A stretch of DNA of 34,565 nt from IMG/VR virus record IMGVR_UViG_2537562189_000007; one strand, given 5' to 3'. This DNA comes from a virus (Duplodnaviria > Heunggongvirae > Uroviricota > Caudoviricetes). The translations under genes and the position numbers were made by a program. The notes beneath the pieces are model-generated. The model was not told the DNA's origin. It ran no database searches and saw nothing but the letters and a program-made list of their open reading frames with translations. This document shows, piece after piece, positions 9,688 to 18,297 of this stretch. Every line of letters begins with the position of its first letter. Position 1 is the first letter of the stretch.

Positions 9688-11807
9688 AACCAGCCTCCTG
9701 ATGTTATCCATGGATTATCTTCCGCACGCTCCGTCCGCAGTTTTTTCTTCCGGCGACGGCGTTTTTCTGCCCCGGCCGTCAGTTCCGGGGATACCGTTTC
9801 ACCAGAACGCTCCTGCGGGAAGACGAGCCACGTTTCCCGCTGTGCCCAGTCCGGTGCGGAGGGCCAGCGGATCTTTTCATAACCATGCAGAACAGCAAGC
9901 GCATCCGCATAAACCAGCAGGTCAAACGCCTCGTTAGCGCCCCTGCCCGGTTTTCGCCATTTTCCGTCACTGCCGCGCTCTTCATAGGTCAGCTCATCGT
10001 AAAACCACCGCCCCAGCCAGTCGGGAAAGTGGATATAATTCGGCCCTGGTGTGTCACGCCACAGGGCATTATTTACACGGTCCTTAAACGCATCCGTCTG
10101 AACCAGCCACAGCGCAACATCGCCACTGGCTCTGGCACGGCGGGCACTTCTGCCGGTATTATCCGGGAAGGTACGGTTAATCAGCCTGTCACGGCGAAGA
10201 CCATCCCCCTTGAACAGAAACACCCTGTTGCCCAGTCCGTCACTCCGGCAACGACGCCAGAAACGATAGGCGTTATCTGTCACCCCGGCTTCCCCTCCCG
10301 TATCCACCGCCATGGCCATCAGACGCATGCGCACATCCGGATCAGAAGCCAGCGGCCATGTTTTATGGAACACATCCGTCAGCAACAAATCCCAGTCCTC
10401 CGGATATGCCGCCGGATCAACCGGCAGACTTTCACCGTTGGGACTGCAGCGCAGTGAATGCCGGATGTTGTAGCGATCAACAATCCAGCGTTCCCCCTGC
10501 TCTCCGTATCCGGTGATCTGCACAACAAAACGGCGATTTTTACCGCCCTGTACGTCAACCGTTGCCTCAATAAAACGCACACCATCCGGCACAGATCGCC
10601 GGGGAAACGGCTCGGCACGCTGTTCAAGCAGTTCACTTTTACGCTGTTCCGTGGCTGAACGGGGCAGATAGGGTCGTCCGATATCGGTGTTCACCACCGC
10701 TTTCAGGGTCTCTTCACTGCCGGTTCGCTCATACTCTTCTTCTGCCGCCAGCAGTTTAAAAATCAGTTGTTCCCAGGTCTGAAACGCCGCAGCCGGCCCC
10801 TCCATCCAGAATCTCGCTATTCTGGAATTTCGTGGCGTTCCGGTGATACTGCCATCCGCCGCCGCCCGTTCACCTTCACGAAGCCAGATCCCCTGGTTAT
10901 TCAGTTCACGCTTCTGTTCCGGAGCAATCAGGCCGCGGCAGTGCGGACACATCAGGCGGGCCGCCTGCCCGGCAGCCACAAAATCAGGGTTATTCCGGTA
11001 ACCGGTCATGTTATCCATCACCGGCTGAAAATATTCCCCGCAGTGCGGACACGGCCAGTACCACCGGCGGCGGTCTCCCCGGTTATACAGTGACAGGATC
11101 CCCGTTGTTGGCGGTGCCTCATGTGCGCCGCCACAGCGCCATTTGGTGTCAGTGATATCCCGCCCGGGCGAACTTTCGACCAGGGTCATCCCCGAGGACA
11201 TAAAGGTGGTGGTACGCTTTGAGGCCAGGGTGAAGGCATCCCCTTCACCGTCGACGTTCTCAGGAAAACGGTCATAATCCGTCAGCGCCACACGACGGTA
11301 ATCCGAAGAGGAAAATACAGTGATCGACGGCCAGCCAATTTTCAGGAATGAGCCGTCAAGAAACATTTTGTCGTGGACGTTGTTGTCATTACGGGAAGGA
11401 CTGAGGCGCTTACTGACCTCCGGACTGTGGCGAAACGTCCTGGAAAGACGCGTTCTGGAATGCTCACGCGCCTTTGTCTCGGTCATCTGCACCACCAGCA
11501 TATCCGCCGGATCACAGATGATGCCGTACACAATCCAGCCATCAATCAGCCCTTCGGTTTTCCCGGTTCGCGCAGGTCCCACAAACACCACCGCGTCATA
11601 TTCACGGGCTGATAATGTATTAATGGGGTCAATCATATAGGGCGTCAGCGATGACTCCCACGGACCGGAAGTATTGGCTCCCCGTGGTACCCGCATATAA
11701 CGCCTGATGGCTTCCGCTACTGGTAACCGGCCAGGTGGGCGAAACAGCGAGGCCACTTCGCGCCAGATATCGGATGCGCGGCTATGGCTCTCGTTCACCT
11801 GATTCAC
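9684..11807 (-). CDS. Terminase large subunit (lambda gpA family)
   Basis: 707 aa with Walker A-like VFVGPARTGKTE and a zinc-binding CPHCG...CPHC region; GTG start overlaps the small-subunit stop. Confidence 0.9.
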   Translation of the reverse strand: MNQVNESHSRASDIWREVASLFRPPGRLPVAEAIRRYMRVPRGANTSGPWESSLTPYMIDPINTLSAREYDAVVFVGPARTGKTEGLIDGWIVYGIICDPADMLVVQMTETKAREHSRTRLSRTFRHSPEVSKRLSPSRNDNNVHDKMFLDGSFLKIGWPSITVFSSSDYRRVALTDYDRFPENVDGEGDAFTLASKRTTTFMSSGMTLVESSPGRDITDTKWRCGGAHEAPPTTGILSLYNRGDRRRWYWPCPHCGEYFQPVMDNMTGYRNNPDFVAAGQAARLMCPHCRGLIAPEQKRELNNQGIWLREGERAAADGSITGTPRNSRIARFWMEGPAAAFQTWEQLIFKLLAAEEEYERTGSEETLKAVVNTDIGRPYLPRSATEQRKSELLEQRAEPFPRRSVPDGVRFIEATVDVQGGKNRRFVVQITGYGEQGERWIVDRYNIRHSLRCSPNGESLPVDPAAYPEDWDLLLTDVFHKTWPLASDPDVRMRLMAMAVDTGGEAGVTDNAYRFWRRCRSDGLGNRVFLFKGDGLRRDRLINRTFPDNTGRSARRARASGDVALWLVQTDAFKDRVNNALWRDTPGPNYIHFPDWLGRWFYDELTYEERGSDGKWRKPGRGANEAFDLLVYADALAVLHGYEKIRWPSAPDWAQRETWLVFPQERSGETVSPELTAGAEKRRRRKKKLRTERAEDNPWITSGGWL

Positions 11808-12280
11808 ATATCGGCCTCATCACAACAGTCAATGACTGCCTTTTCCAGTGTGTCGCGGATCTCATCAACCACAATCTGTACTTCATTCAGTTGTGATGCG
11901 GTCCACCCCCTGTCCCTCTCCAGCCGGTCAGGCCAGGTTTCCAGTACCTGAACTATCGCTTTCACCACGACAGAAAAGGACCGCCTGACATCACTGACTG
12001 ACACGAGCAGACCGGTTTCCTGCTCAAATTTCAGTCGGTCACGTTCTGACTGGTACCATGCTTTACGCGCATGAGGATCCATTTCCTCGTTATCTACAGG
12101 CAGAGGAGCTTTCATCAGCTCGGCAAGGATATCTGTCAGTCGGTACAGTTTGAGATTGCTCTCATGACCACCGGCTGGGCTTATGTTTTTTACCCGAGCC
12201 GCGACAGTCTGTCGATGAGCACCGGATAATGCAGCCAGTTGGGAAATATTCAGATGCAGATTTTTTAATTCACGATCCAT
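11804..12280 (-). CDS. Terminase small subunit (Nu1-like)
   Basis: 158 aa with N-terminal HTH (LNISQLAALSGAHRQTVAARV), directly upstream of and overlapping the large subunit, about 150 bp from the candidate cosN. Confidence 0.7.
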   Translation of the reverse strand: MDRELKNLHLNISQLAALSGAHRQTVAARVKNISPAGGHESNLKLYRLTDILAELMKAPLPVDNEEMDPHARKAWYQSERDRLKFEQETGLLVSVSDVRRSFSVVVKAIVQVLETWPDRLERDRGWTASQLNEVQIVVDEIRDTLEKAVIDCCDEADM

Positions 12281-12419
12281 AACTTCCCCTGAAAATTATG
12301 TAAATACACGCCAGTGATGAACAAAAACAATCAACTTCGACACTAAAAATTTTTATTATGGTATATATCAATGATTTACACTGGTGGTGATGGTGCCATA
12401 AAAATCAAAAAATGCGCCT

Positions 12420-12445
12420 TTTTCCGCGCCGCCCGCCCCGTGTTC
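12420..12445. other. Candidate cos site (cosN core)
   Basis: Minus strand reads CGGGGCGGGCGGCGCGG, resembling lambda cosN GGGCGGCGACCT, about 150 bp upstream of the Nu1-like start with an A/T-rich stretch between (cosB-like). Confidence 0.4.
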
Positions 12446-12697
12446 AGGCCCATCCCACCAGGAGGACCCGCAAAATAATAATGATTATCATTTTTAATGT
12501 AGTCCGGTTTCTTCCACCATCGCACCGGACAGGCGACTATGAGGGGACAACGCCGCGCTCCGTTAACGCGGTAAACCCCGGTGTGTATCGTTTTTGATTA
12601 TCCCCGCACACTCGCGCAGAGGAGTCTCCCTGTCGGGCTGCGGTCTCTGTTAATGCAGGAATACAGCGACAATACCGCGCATGGATAATAAGGTCGC

Positions 12698-12922
12698 TCA
12701 ACACACTGGCTGTAATGCAGCAGATACCATGCGGCATTTAGCGGCATTCATCGTACACTCAACGGTTAGCTCTTCATTCGTGGCATTCACCTGAAAGGTC
12801 CGGGAGTGTAATTGCGTACATTTACCACTGAACGAACCTTCAACAAGAACACGACCACGCTGCAAAATACGGAACGGAATTGTTCCCTGAAAAGGCTTTA
12901 CGGTTACCAGTAATTTCTTCAT
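12698..12922 (-). CDS. Hypothetical protein downstream of Rz
   Basis: 74-aa ORF whose start overlaps the Rz stop (ATGA); no recognisable motifs. Confidence 0.2.
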   Translation of the reverse strand: MKKLLVTVKPFQGTIPFRILQRGRVLVEGSFSGKCTQLHSRTFQVNATNEELTVECTMNAAKCRMVSAALQPVC

Positions 12923-13413
12923 ATATCTTCCGGATAATAAAAAGACAACTTAATGCACTGAGTACGGATATATTCCTGCGCCCCTTCCAGTTGCTTCTGC
13001 ATCGTCATCAGCCGCTCTCTGAGGGTGAAATAATCCCGTGTAACGGTGTCTGCCAGTTGGGGGCCGGTTGCATTATCCACGCGGGCGGTGCCGGTGGCTT
13101 CACGCACGGGACCTGGACAGGTGGCGTTGATACGCAGGCGCTTACGACCAGCGGCAACGTCAGCGCGAAGAGTTTCATTTTCAGCTCTCGCATCGGCTAA
13201 TTCCCTCGAGTATTTTGCATCGAGCGCAGCAACATCACGCTGGCGCACCTGCATATCAGTAATGGTTGCGTTTGCCAGCTCCAGCTCTCTGGCTTTTTTA
13301 TCGCGCTGCGCTTTGTAAGTGATGGCGTTATCGCGGTAATGATTCAGCCCCAGACTAAGCGCACCACAGGCCACCAGCAGAGCAATGATGACCACACACA
13401 GAACGCGGTTCAT
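12919..13413 (-). CDS. Rz: i-spanin Rz
   Basis: 164 aa with N-terminal TM segment ([16 protein letters not shown]) and coiled-coil periplasmic domain; contains an embedded +1 frame Rz1 ORF. Confidence 0.85.
   Translation of the reverse strand: MNRVLCVVIIALLVACGALSLGLNHYRDNAITYKAQRDKKARELELANATITDMQVRQRDVAALDAKYSRELADARAENETLRADVAAGRKRLRINATCPGPVREATGTARVDNATGPQLADTVTRDYFTLRERLMTMQKQLEGAQEYIRTQCIKLSFYYPEDI
13008..13193 (-). CDS. Rz1: o-spanin Rz1, embedded in Rz
   Basis: Lipoprotein signal ([15 protein letters not shown]) followed by a proline-rich mature region ([22 protein letters not shown]); wholly inside Rz in another frame. True start probably the internal Met. Confidence 0.75.
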   Translation of the reverse strand: MRELKMKLFALTLPLVVSACVSTPPVQVPCVKPPAPPAWIMQPAPNWQTPLHGIISPSESG

Positions 13414-13414
13414 T

Positions 13415-13528
13415 TCACCACCAACGGATTGCCCAGATCAGAACAGCAATGGCTATAATACGAATGGCAAAAGCTGCCGCTCTTGTTAAATCCAGACTGG
13501 CTGGCGTCTCCACTTCAATGCCTTTCAT
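13415..13528 (-). CDS. Small membrane peptide (37 aa) immediately upstream of Rz
   Basis: ATG at 13528, [37 protein letters not shown], stop TGA one nt before the Rz ATG; not in the ORF track (below size cutoff). Confidence 0.3.
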   Translation of the reverse strand: MKGIEVETPASLDLTRAAAFAIRIIAIAVLIWAIRWW

Positions 13529-13621
13529 AATGGACAACCTCAGAAAGAATCTTTTATACTTCCTCACAGGGAAAGCACCTCCCTCACCATAATTTCTCCC
13601 TTGCCTTATCCAAGGTCAGAA

Positions 13622-13655
13622 ACACAAAACCCCGCTTGCTGCCAACAAACGGGGT
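13622..13655. terminator. Bidirectional intrinsic terminator between endolysin and Rz
   Basis: aaaaCCCCGcttgctgccaacaaaCGGGGttttt: GC stem flanked by A-run and T-run, so it can act on either strand. Confidence 0.45.
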
Positions 13656-13748
13656 TTTTACTTTTATTCACTTAGGTTTTGCCAGTTCGCAGGATTTCGT
13701 GTTATCCGTCCGCGTTGGTCAACGTCATTTTTCAGCAAAATATTCTGC

Positions 13749-14282
13749 TTATCTGTCGATTCCCCAGCACGCCAGCGCGCTCTCCTGGTCACGACGGGAT
13801 ACCTGACCGTAACAGTTATTTGAGCGAATACGGCAGTCTCTGCCACCGTCCTTAATCCACCAGCGAATCGCTTCGCATGCTCCCCTGCGATCACCTGCAT
13901 TAATTCGTCTGTAAAACGTCGACGGGAAACACTTACCGGGACCAATGTTGTACGGACAGAATGACGCGATCCCCGCTTTCTGGGGTTCGGTCAGCGGCAC
14001 TCTGATGTTTTTCTCCACCCACGTCAGCGCTTTATCACGCTCAATGGCGTTAACCTGGTCGCATTTCCCCTTCGACAGCTTCATGCCAGGAATCACAGGC
14101 TTACCATCCACCCGGGTGGCTCCACGGCAGATGGTCCAGATACCCGCACCATCACGGTATGCTGTGGTGTGGTTACCTTCTTTTTCGTCAAGCAACTGGT
14201 CGAGGATTTCAGGCGCAGAAGCCCCTGCACCAATCAGCGCCAGAACGGCAGCCGATAAACCATAGCGGAGTTTCCTGCTCAT
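13749..14282 (-). CDS. R: SAR endolysin (T4-lysozyme-like, GH24)
   Basis: N-terminal Gly/Ala-rich signal-anchor-release segment (GLSAAVLALIGAGASAP) followed by lysozyme catalytic region (LDEKEGNHTTAYRDGAGIWTICRGAT). Confidence 0.85.
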   Translation of the reverse strand: MSRKLRYGLSAAVLALIGAGASAPEILDQLLDEKEGNHTTAYRDGAGIWTICRGATRVDGKPVIPGMKLSKGKCDQVNAIERDKALTWVEKNIRVPLTEPQKAGIASFCPYNIGPGKCFPSTFYRRINAGDRRGACEAIRWWIKDGGRDCRIRSNNCYGQVSRRDQESALACWGIDR

Positions 14283-14286
14283 CAGC

Positions 14287-14502
14287 TTACTCTCCCCGCG
14301 CCGCCTTACGACGGTCTTCTTTAATCTTGAAATACAGGTTCGTCAGATATGTCAGCAGCCCAAACAGCAGACTCCCCAGCACACCTATTGCCGCCCACTG
14401 AGACGGGGAAACCCTGTCCAGCAACTGCAGGAACCAGTAGCCCGTTCCCACCGCTGACGTGGTGTATGACACACCTGTTGTGATTTTTTCCATCTGGTAC
14501 AT
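14287..14502 (-). CDS. S: Pinholin (phage 21 S21-like) with dual start
   Basis: 71 aa [71 protein letters not shown], recalled as near-identical in pattern to S21; two Met codons (M1, M4) as in holin/antiholin dual starts. Confidence 0.8.
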   Translation of the reverse strand: MYQMEKITTGVSYTTSAVGTGYWFLQLLDRVSPSQWAAIGVLGSLLFGLLTYLTNLYFKIKEDRRKAARGE

Positions 14503-14578
14503 ACCCCGTCTCCCGCAATCCGGAAGCTCACAACAATATAAAGACCACCGGCACACACCGATGGTCCCTTGCGCATGC

Positions 14579-14824
14579 TTACATCATCATGTCGCTGTCA
14601 GGTGTGGGTTCACCGCCATCTGAAGCACTCCCCTCACCCGCGATGCCTTCCGGCTCCGGAGCTGCCGGTGCGCCCAGCAGTTCATCCAGAATGGCATCCA
14701 CTTCTGCATCAAGACGCAACTCAAGGTTCTGGCGGAGTTTCTGTTTCAGTGCGCTCAGGACTTCTTCAGAGCGCAGGACTTCCTTCACTGCCTCTGCAGT
14801 GACCAGGGATGTGATTTCTGACAT
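14579..14824 (-). CDS. Hypothetical acidic protein (81 aa) upstream of holin
   Basis: Internal ATG at 14824 of ORF 14579..14998 ([17 protein letters not shown]...); acidic Gly/Pro-rich C-terminus; weak RBS. Confidence 0.3.
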   Translation of the reverse strand: MSEITSLVTAEAVKEVLRSEEVLSALKQKLRQNLELRLDAEVDAILDELLGAPAAPEPEGIAGEGSASDGGEPTPDSDMMM

Positions 14825-14870
14825 GGGATTTTCTCGTTGAAAAGGGTTGTTAAGAAAGTTGCCGCTAAAT

Positions 14871-15044
14871 GAGCGGCTCTTCGGGTTTGCTTCCGGCTGA
14901 CTGACTGGCGCTGATTTTCTCTGCGGCCCTTTTATCAATCTGCCTGCGCCAGCAATCGCGCACTGCCCTGTACCCACCCGAAAGAAGATACAGCACACAG
15001 ACCACCGTACAGAAGTACAGCATTAACTGGTTCAGAAATGTCAT
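14871..15044 (-). CDS. Hypothetical small membrane protein (57 aa)
   Basis: ATG at 15044 preceded by GGTGAG; MTFLNQLMLYFCTVVCVLYLLSGGYRAVRDCWRRQ..., one TM segment then a basic tail; not in the ORF track. Confidence 0.3.
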
Positions 15045-15088
15045 GGTTTCTCACCGTGATAGTTGACATGATTTACTTATTTTTGTAG

Positions 15089-15110
15089 AAAAACACCGCA
15101 GACTTCGGTG
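15089..15110 (-). terminator. Intrinsic terminator between nanS-p-like gene and lysis region
   Basis: Minus strand CACCGAAGTCTGCGGTG hairpin followed by TTTTT. Confidence 0.4.
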
Positions 15111-15194
15111 TCATCATGGTCGTTTTACCAGCCGCCAGCATTCATGTAGTGGACAAAGTTCATCCCTTTCCTTCATTGCTGGCGGCCTTTTTTA

Positions 15195-17171
15195 TCATGC
15201 CGCGGCATCCGCGTTGTTCACTTCCACCTTCACACTGTCAATCAGCAACGTATATGTCGCCGCCTTTGATATGTCTGTCAGTTGCAGTTTGTCCGCCGCC
15301 CCTGATGCCGGAGATTTCACCAGTGTGAACGGTGTACCCCGTTTCTCATCCAGTACCGGCGTCACCTGAATGCTGTTGTTTCCGGCAAACTCAAAAGCCA
15401 GTGTGTGCCATCCGTTATCAAAGACCCCGAACGTATCCAGCTTCGCATTCTGCTTCTTGTGGTACATCGCGTTCAGGTTCGTCGCATCCGTCTGCAGGAA
15501 GAAGGACATCAGCATGTCGTTGCCTTCCTCTGACAGCGTCACTCCCTCCGGCAGGGACGACAACTGCCAGTAAATACCCAGGGCAAACTGATTCGGCACC
15601 AGTGCGCCCGGCACCTTAAACCGCACGCTCACACGTCCACCTTTCTTCAGCAACTCTGCTCCCTGCCCGGCGGCATCATGCTCCAGAAACCAGATGTGGC
15701 TTTCCGGTTTGTTCAGTTGCAGGGCCTTACCACCGGTGGCACCCTCATCACTGACCACAGCCTCAGCGATGTTTTTATTAACACTGTCTCCGCTCGCCGG
15801 TTTGTGATAATAGCGCCAGCCCTGTGATGCCAGGTCTTCACCGGACGCCAGCAGACTCATCAGGGTTCGGTTACTGACCGGGGCTTCCGGCTCTCTCTCC
15901 GGGCCTTCACCGGAAGGTCCGGTGGGCTTCACCGTATCAGGCTGTTTTCCGGTAATGAATTCAGCGGTTCTCCCGGCATGCACCAGAATCGCCGTTGCCA
16001 GACGGTCGGAAATAATCCCACGGCGAGCCCATGAACTGAAATGGCTGGCCCTGTCCACAGATGTCCAGGTCTTCTGGTCATTACGCCACTTTGAACCGTA
16101 ATAACCGACGGCTTCCAGGTCCGGGTCTTCTGCCGGGTTATTGGTCTGCACATTCGCACCATTCTCATCCGTCATTAACGGTACAAAGAAAATGTTCTGC
16201 GACTCCTTCCCCTTATACCCTCCGTATACTGATGCATACCCTTCCGCATGACGCTGCTTCCAGAAATACGTTGTGTCCCCGCAAATCCACGGTACCGCTG
16301 ATGCGCTGCCTCCTGTGCTCTGTGATGCCTGACCGGCAAGCTCCGTTCTGAACTGATTCACCATCGCACTAAACAGCCCCGGATGCTGCGCATGCGTCCC
16401 CACTGCCGCATCACCTTCTCCCTGCATCCACACCACCGCAAGCAGACGGTTTTTCGGGTTCTTCGCCAGTGCGGCTTTAGTCCGGCTCACCAAATCCTGA
16501 TACAGCGGCTTACCCACACCCCAGCGCAGTGAATTTTCCGATGCACCGGCTGATTCGCTGTATGTGCCGTCTGCACCCGTTGTGAATGCCGAAGCACCAC
16601 GGCAGCACGGAACCAGCAGAATGCCCGCATTCGCCGGTATAAACGGCAGCAGTTTTTTGGCGATATGCAGCCCCTGCCCCACGGTTCCGTACTGCCCCTT
16701 TGACAGGTCCGCTTTCGGATGGTTAAGACGGCTCATGTCCTGCACATCATGCAGACAATGGTCCGCCGGAATAATGTCGTTATACTTACAGGCGGCACCG
16801 CCCGGTGTCACCGTACTGCGGCGCGCCAGCTGCTTAATACGCGGGTCCGGACGGTCATATGTCTCCGGCAGCGGAAGGCCTTCACCATACGACATGCCGT
16901 TTGACTGCCCTGCCAGAACCACAACAAAGTAATACTCCGGGTCGCTGGTGGCGCTGATTACTGTGCCTTCTCCATCCGACGGCTTCACCACCACAGGTGT
17001 GCTCACATCACCTTCTGCGACAATCGCCTGAATAAGTGCTGCGCCATCATCCGTATACGAAGAAAACGGCCCGCCGTATGGCTGCCATCCTTCACGAATT
17101 TTTTGAGCAAGTGTATCAGCAAGGTCTGACGGCGACGCCGCCCTGACCACGTCATAGTGTTTAAATGCCAT
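15195..17171 (-). CDS. nanS: Prophage sialate O-acetylesterase (NanS-p-like)
   Basis: 658 aa; N-terminal DUF1737-like segment, SASA esterase core with GQSN motif (VVVLAGQSNGMSYGEG), C-terminal carbohydrate-binding-like region; GGGAGG RBS; location between tRNAs and holin as in EHEC lambdoid prophages. Confidence 0.8.
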   Translation of the reverse strand: MAFKHYDVVRAASPSDLADTLAQKIREGWQPYGGPFSSYTDDGAALIQAIVAEGDVSTPVVVKPSDGEGTVISATSDPEYYFVVVLAGQSNGMSYGEGLPLPETYDRPDPRIKQLARRSTVTPGGAACKYNDIIPADHCLHDVQDMSRLNHPKADLSKGQYGTVGQGLHIAKKLLPFIPANAGILLVPCCRGASAFTTGADGTYSESAGASENSLRWGVGKPLYQDLVSRTKAALAKNPKNRLLAVVWMQGEGDAAVGTHAQHPGLFSAMVNQFRTELAGQASQSTGGSASAVPWICGDTTYFWKQRHAEGYASVYGGYKGKESQNIFFVPLMTDENGANVQTNNPAEDPDLEAVGYYGSKWRNDQKTWTSVDRASHFSSWARRGIISDRLATAILVHAGRTAEFITGKQPDTVKPTGPSGEGPEREPEAPVSNRTLMSLLASGEDLASQGWRYYHKPASGDSVNKNIAEAVVSDEGATGGKALQLNKPESHIWFLEHDAAGQGAELLKKGGRVSVRFKVPGALVPNQFALGIYWQLSSLPEGVTLSEEGNDMLMSFFLQTDATNLNAMYHKKQNAKLDTFGVFDNGWHTLAFEFAGNNSIQVTPVLDEKRGTPFTLVKSPASGAADKLQLTDISKAATYTLLIDSVKVEVNNADAAA

Positions 17172-17367
17172 GAATCCTCCCGGCCGGGATAATGTTGTGA
17201 GTCAGATAAGGGGCGGGCTGAAGTCCGGAAGTTACAGGACAATGACAGAAGGAAGACTACAGCCCGCAATACGAAAAAGGCCGCGCAGTTGCGCAGAGTG
17301 ATTACTGTCGGGTATTATTCGCCAGCTGAAAAATTGATTACTTCACGTTTTGTTGTTTATTCCTTGC

Positions 17368-17397
17368 TGCCCGCGTCTCCCGGCGCGGGCTTTTTTT
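17368..17397 (+). terminator. Intrinsic terminator (plus strand)
   Basis: GCCCGCGtctcccggCGCGGGC followed by TTTTTTT. Confidence 0.55.
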
Positions 17398-17427
17398 GCA
17401 TGTAAAAAGGCTCCTGCGATGAGGAGC
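17397..17427 (-). terminator. Intrinsic terminator (minus strand)
   Basis: Minus strand AGGCTCCTcatcgcAGGAGCCT (8-bp stem) followed by TTTTT; back-to-back with the plus-strand terminator. Confidence 0.5.
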
Positions 17428-17456
17428 CTGGATATATGCCTAATCTCTGTATACAG

Positions 17457-17650
17457 CATGATGCCGGGTGCCTCCCGGTGAATTCTGCAATGACCAGACA
17501 GAATCCGCAACTTGCCTATACAATACGCAACCAAACATCTGTCATTATGCCCCTCCGCTCAGGGGGATTCATCATGCAGGATTTTTTTAACAAATGCTCA
17601 GCCAGACAGGCAACCGTCAACTGACTGAATTGTGAGTGATTTAACATTTC
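17457..17650. repeat. Tandem direct repeat, copy 1 (period ~269 bp)
   Basis: Shares with copy 2 the blocks catg(a/g)tgccgggtgcctcccggtga, atgcccctccgc(t/a)cagggggattca(t/c)catgc and ttttaacaaat(g/a)ctcag...gacaggcaac(c/t)gtcaactgactgaattgtgag; the middle ~70 bp is diverged. Confidence 0.6.
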
Positions 17651-17674
17651 ACTGCCCGGTGCCTTCCCCTCATT

Positions 17675-17697
17675 AAAAAGCCCCTCCGGAGAGGGGC
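17675..17697 (-). terminator. Intrinsic terminator between the two repeat copies
   Basis: Palindrome GCCCCTCcggaGAGGGGC preceded on the plus strand by AAAAA, so the minus strand has hairpin plus TTTTT. Confidence 0.55.
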
Positions 17698-17725
17698 TAA
17701 AGCCGCGTATCTGTATCATCATGCG

Positions 17726-17916
17726 CATGGTGCCGGGTGCCTCCCGGTGAGTTCAGTATCAGCACCTGAACCCGCACCAGATAAGGGATATAACCAACCA
17801 CCTGTCGCTGATATGCCCCTCCGCACAGGGGGATTCACCATGCCAGTTTCTTTTAACAAATACTCAGTCTGACAGGCAACTGTCAACTGACTGAATTGTG
17901 AGACATTTAAAATTTT
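17726..17916. repeat. Tandem direct repeat, copy 2
   Basis: See copy 1; begins 269 bp after it with the same conserved blocks. Confidence 0.6.
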
Positions 17917-18005
17917 CGGGGCATGACTGATACCCGGCTAACCACCTGATGCTTCCTTTTTTAGCAACAAACAGGTCCACCAAAGTGAGACAGAAAAAAT
18001 AAGTG

Positions 18006-18082
18006 TGGCGCGTTGTACTGGATTCGAACCAGTGACCGATTGCTTAGAAGGCAATTGCTCTGTCCGGCTGAGCTAACAACGC
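18006..18082 (-). tRNA. argO: tRNA-Arg (anticodon UCU)
   Basis: Minus strand folds as a 77-nt cloverleaf GCGTTGT/ACAACGC acceptor, anticodon loop CUUCUAA, T-loop GGTTCGAATCC, encoded CCA. Confidence 0.8.
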
Positions 18083-18095
18083 TGAATACCGATAA

Positions 18096-18172
18096 TGGAC
18101 CGCCATCGAGGACTCGAACCCCGCGCAACCAGCTTCGAAGGCTGACGCTCTATCCCGATGAGCTAATGGCGG
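18096..18172 (-). tRNA. argN: tRNA-Arg (anticodon UCG)
   Basis: 77-nt cloverleaf with acceptor CCGCCAT/ATGGCGG, anticodon loop CUUCGAA, T-loop GGTTCGAGTCC, encoded CCA. Gene symbol by synteny with the ileZ-argN-argO cluster. Confidence 0.7.
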
Positions 18173-18181
18173 TATGTGATA

Positions 18182-18257
18182 TGGTGGCCCTTGCTGGATT
18201 TGAACCAGCGACCTGGCGATTATGAGTCGCTCGCTCTCACCACTGAGCTAAAGGGCC
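18182..18257 (-). tRNA. ileZ: tRNA with CAU anticodon, ileX-like (tRNA-Ile2; Met not excluded)
   Basis: 76-nt cloverleaf GGCCCTT...AAGGGCC-A-CCA, anticodon loop CUCAUAA; overall close to E. coli ileX as recalled. Confidence 0.65.
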
Positions 18258-18297
18258 GAGTGCAGGATAATAACGGTACGTAACTAATCCTGCAATA

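Noticed and set aside
9885-10457. 190-aa plus-strand ORF
   Set aside because: Antisense within the large terminase gene.
13664-13945. 93-aa minus-strand ORF
   Set aside because: Overlaps the 3' end of the endolysin gene out of frame and the terminator region; no RBS; arbitrary composition.
15131-15195. Long-loop hairpin followed by a T-run on the plus strand at the nanS-p stop
   Set aside because: Stem gccgccagca/tgctggcggc is separated by a ~36-nt loop and overlaps the coding end of nanS-p; too weak and ambiguous to call as a terminator.
17172-18005. Possible stx toxin genes between the tRNA cluster and nanS-p
   Set aside because: No ORF of suitable size or signal-peptide-bearing A/B subunit pattern; region is filled by tandem repeats and terminators, so this is an stx-negative lambdoid prophage.
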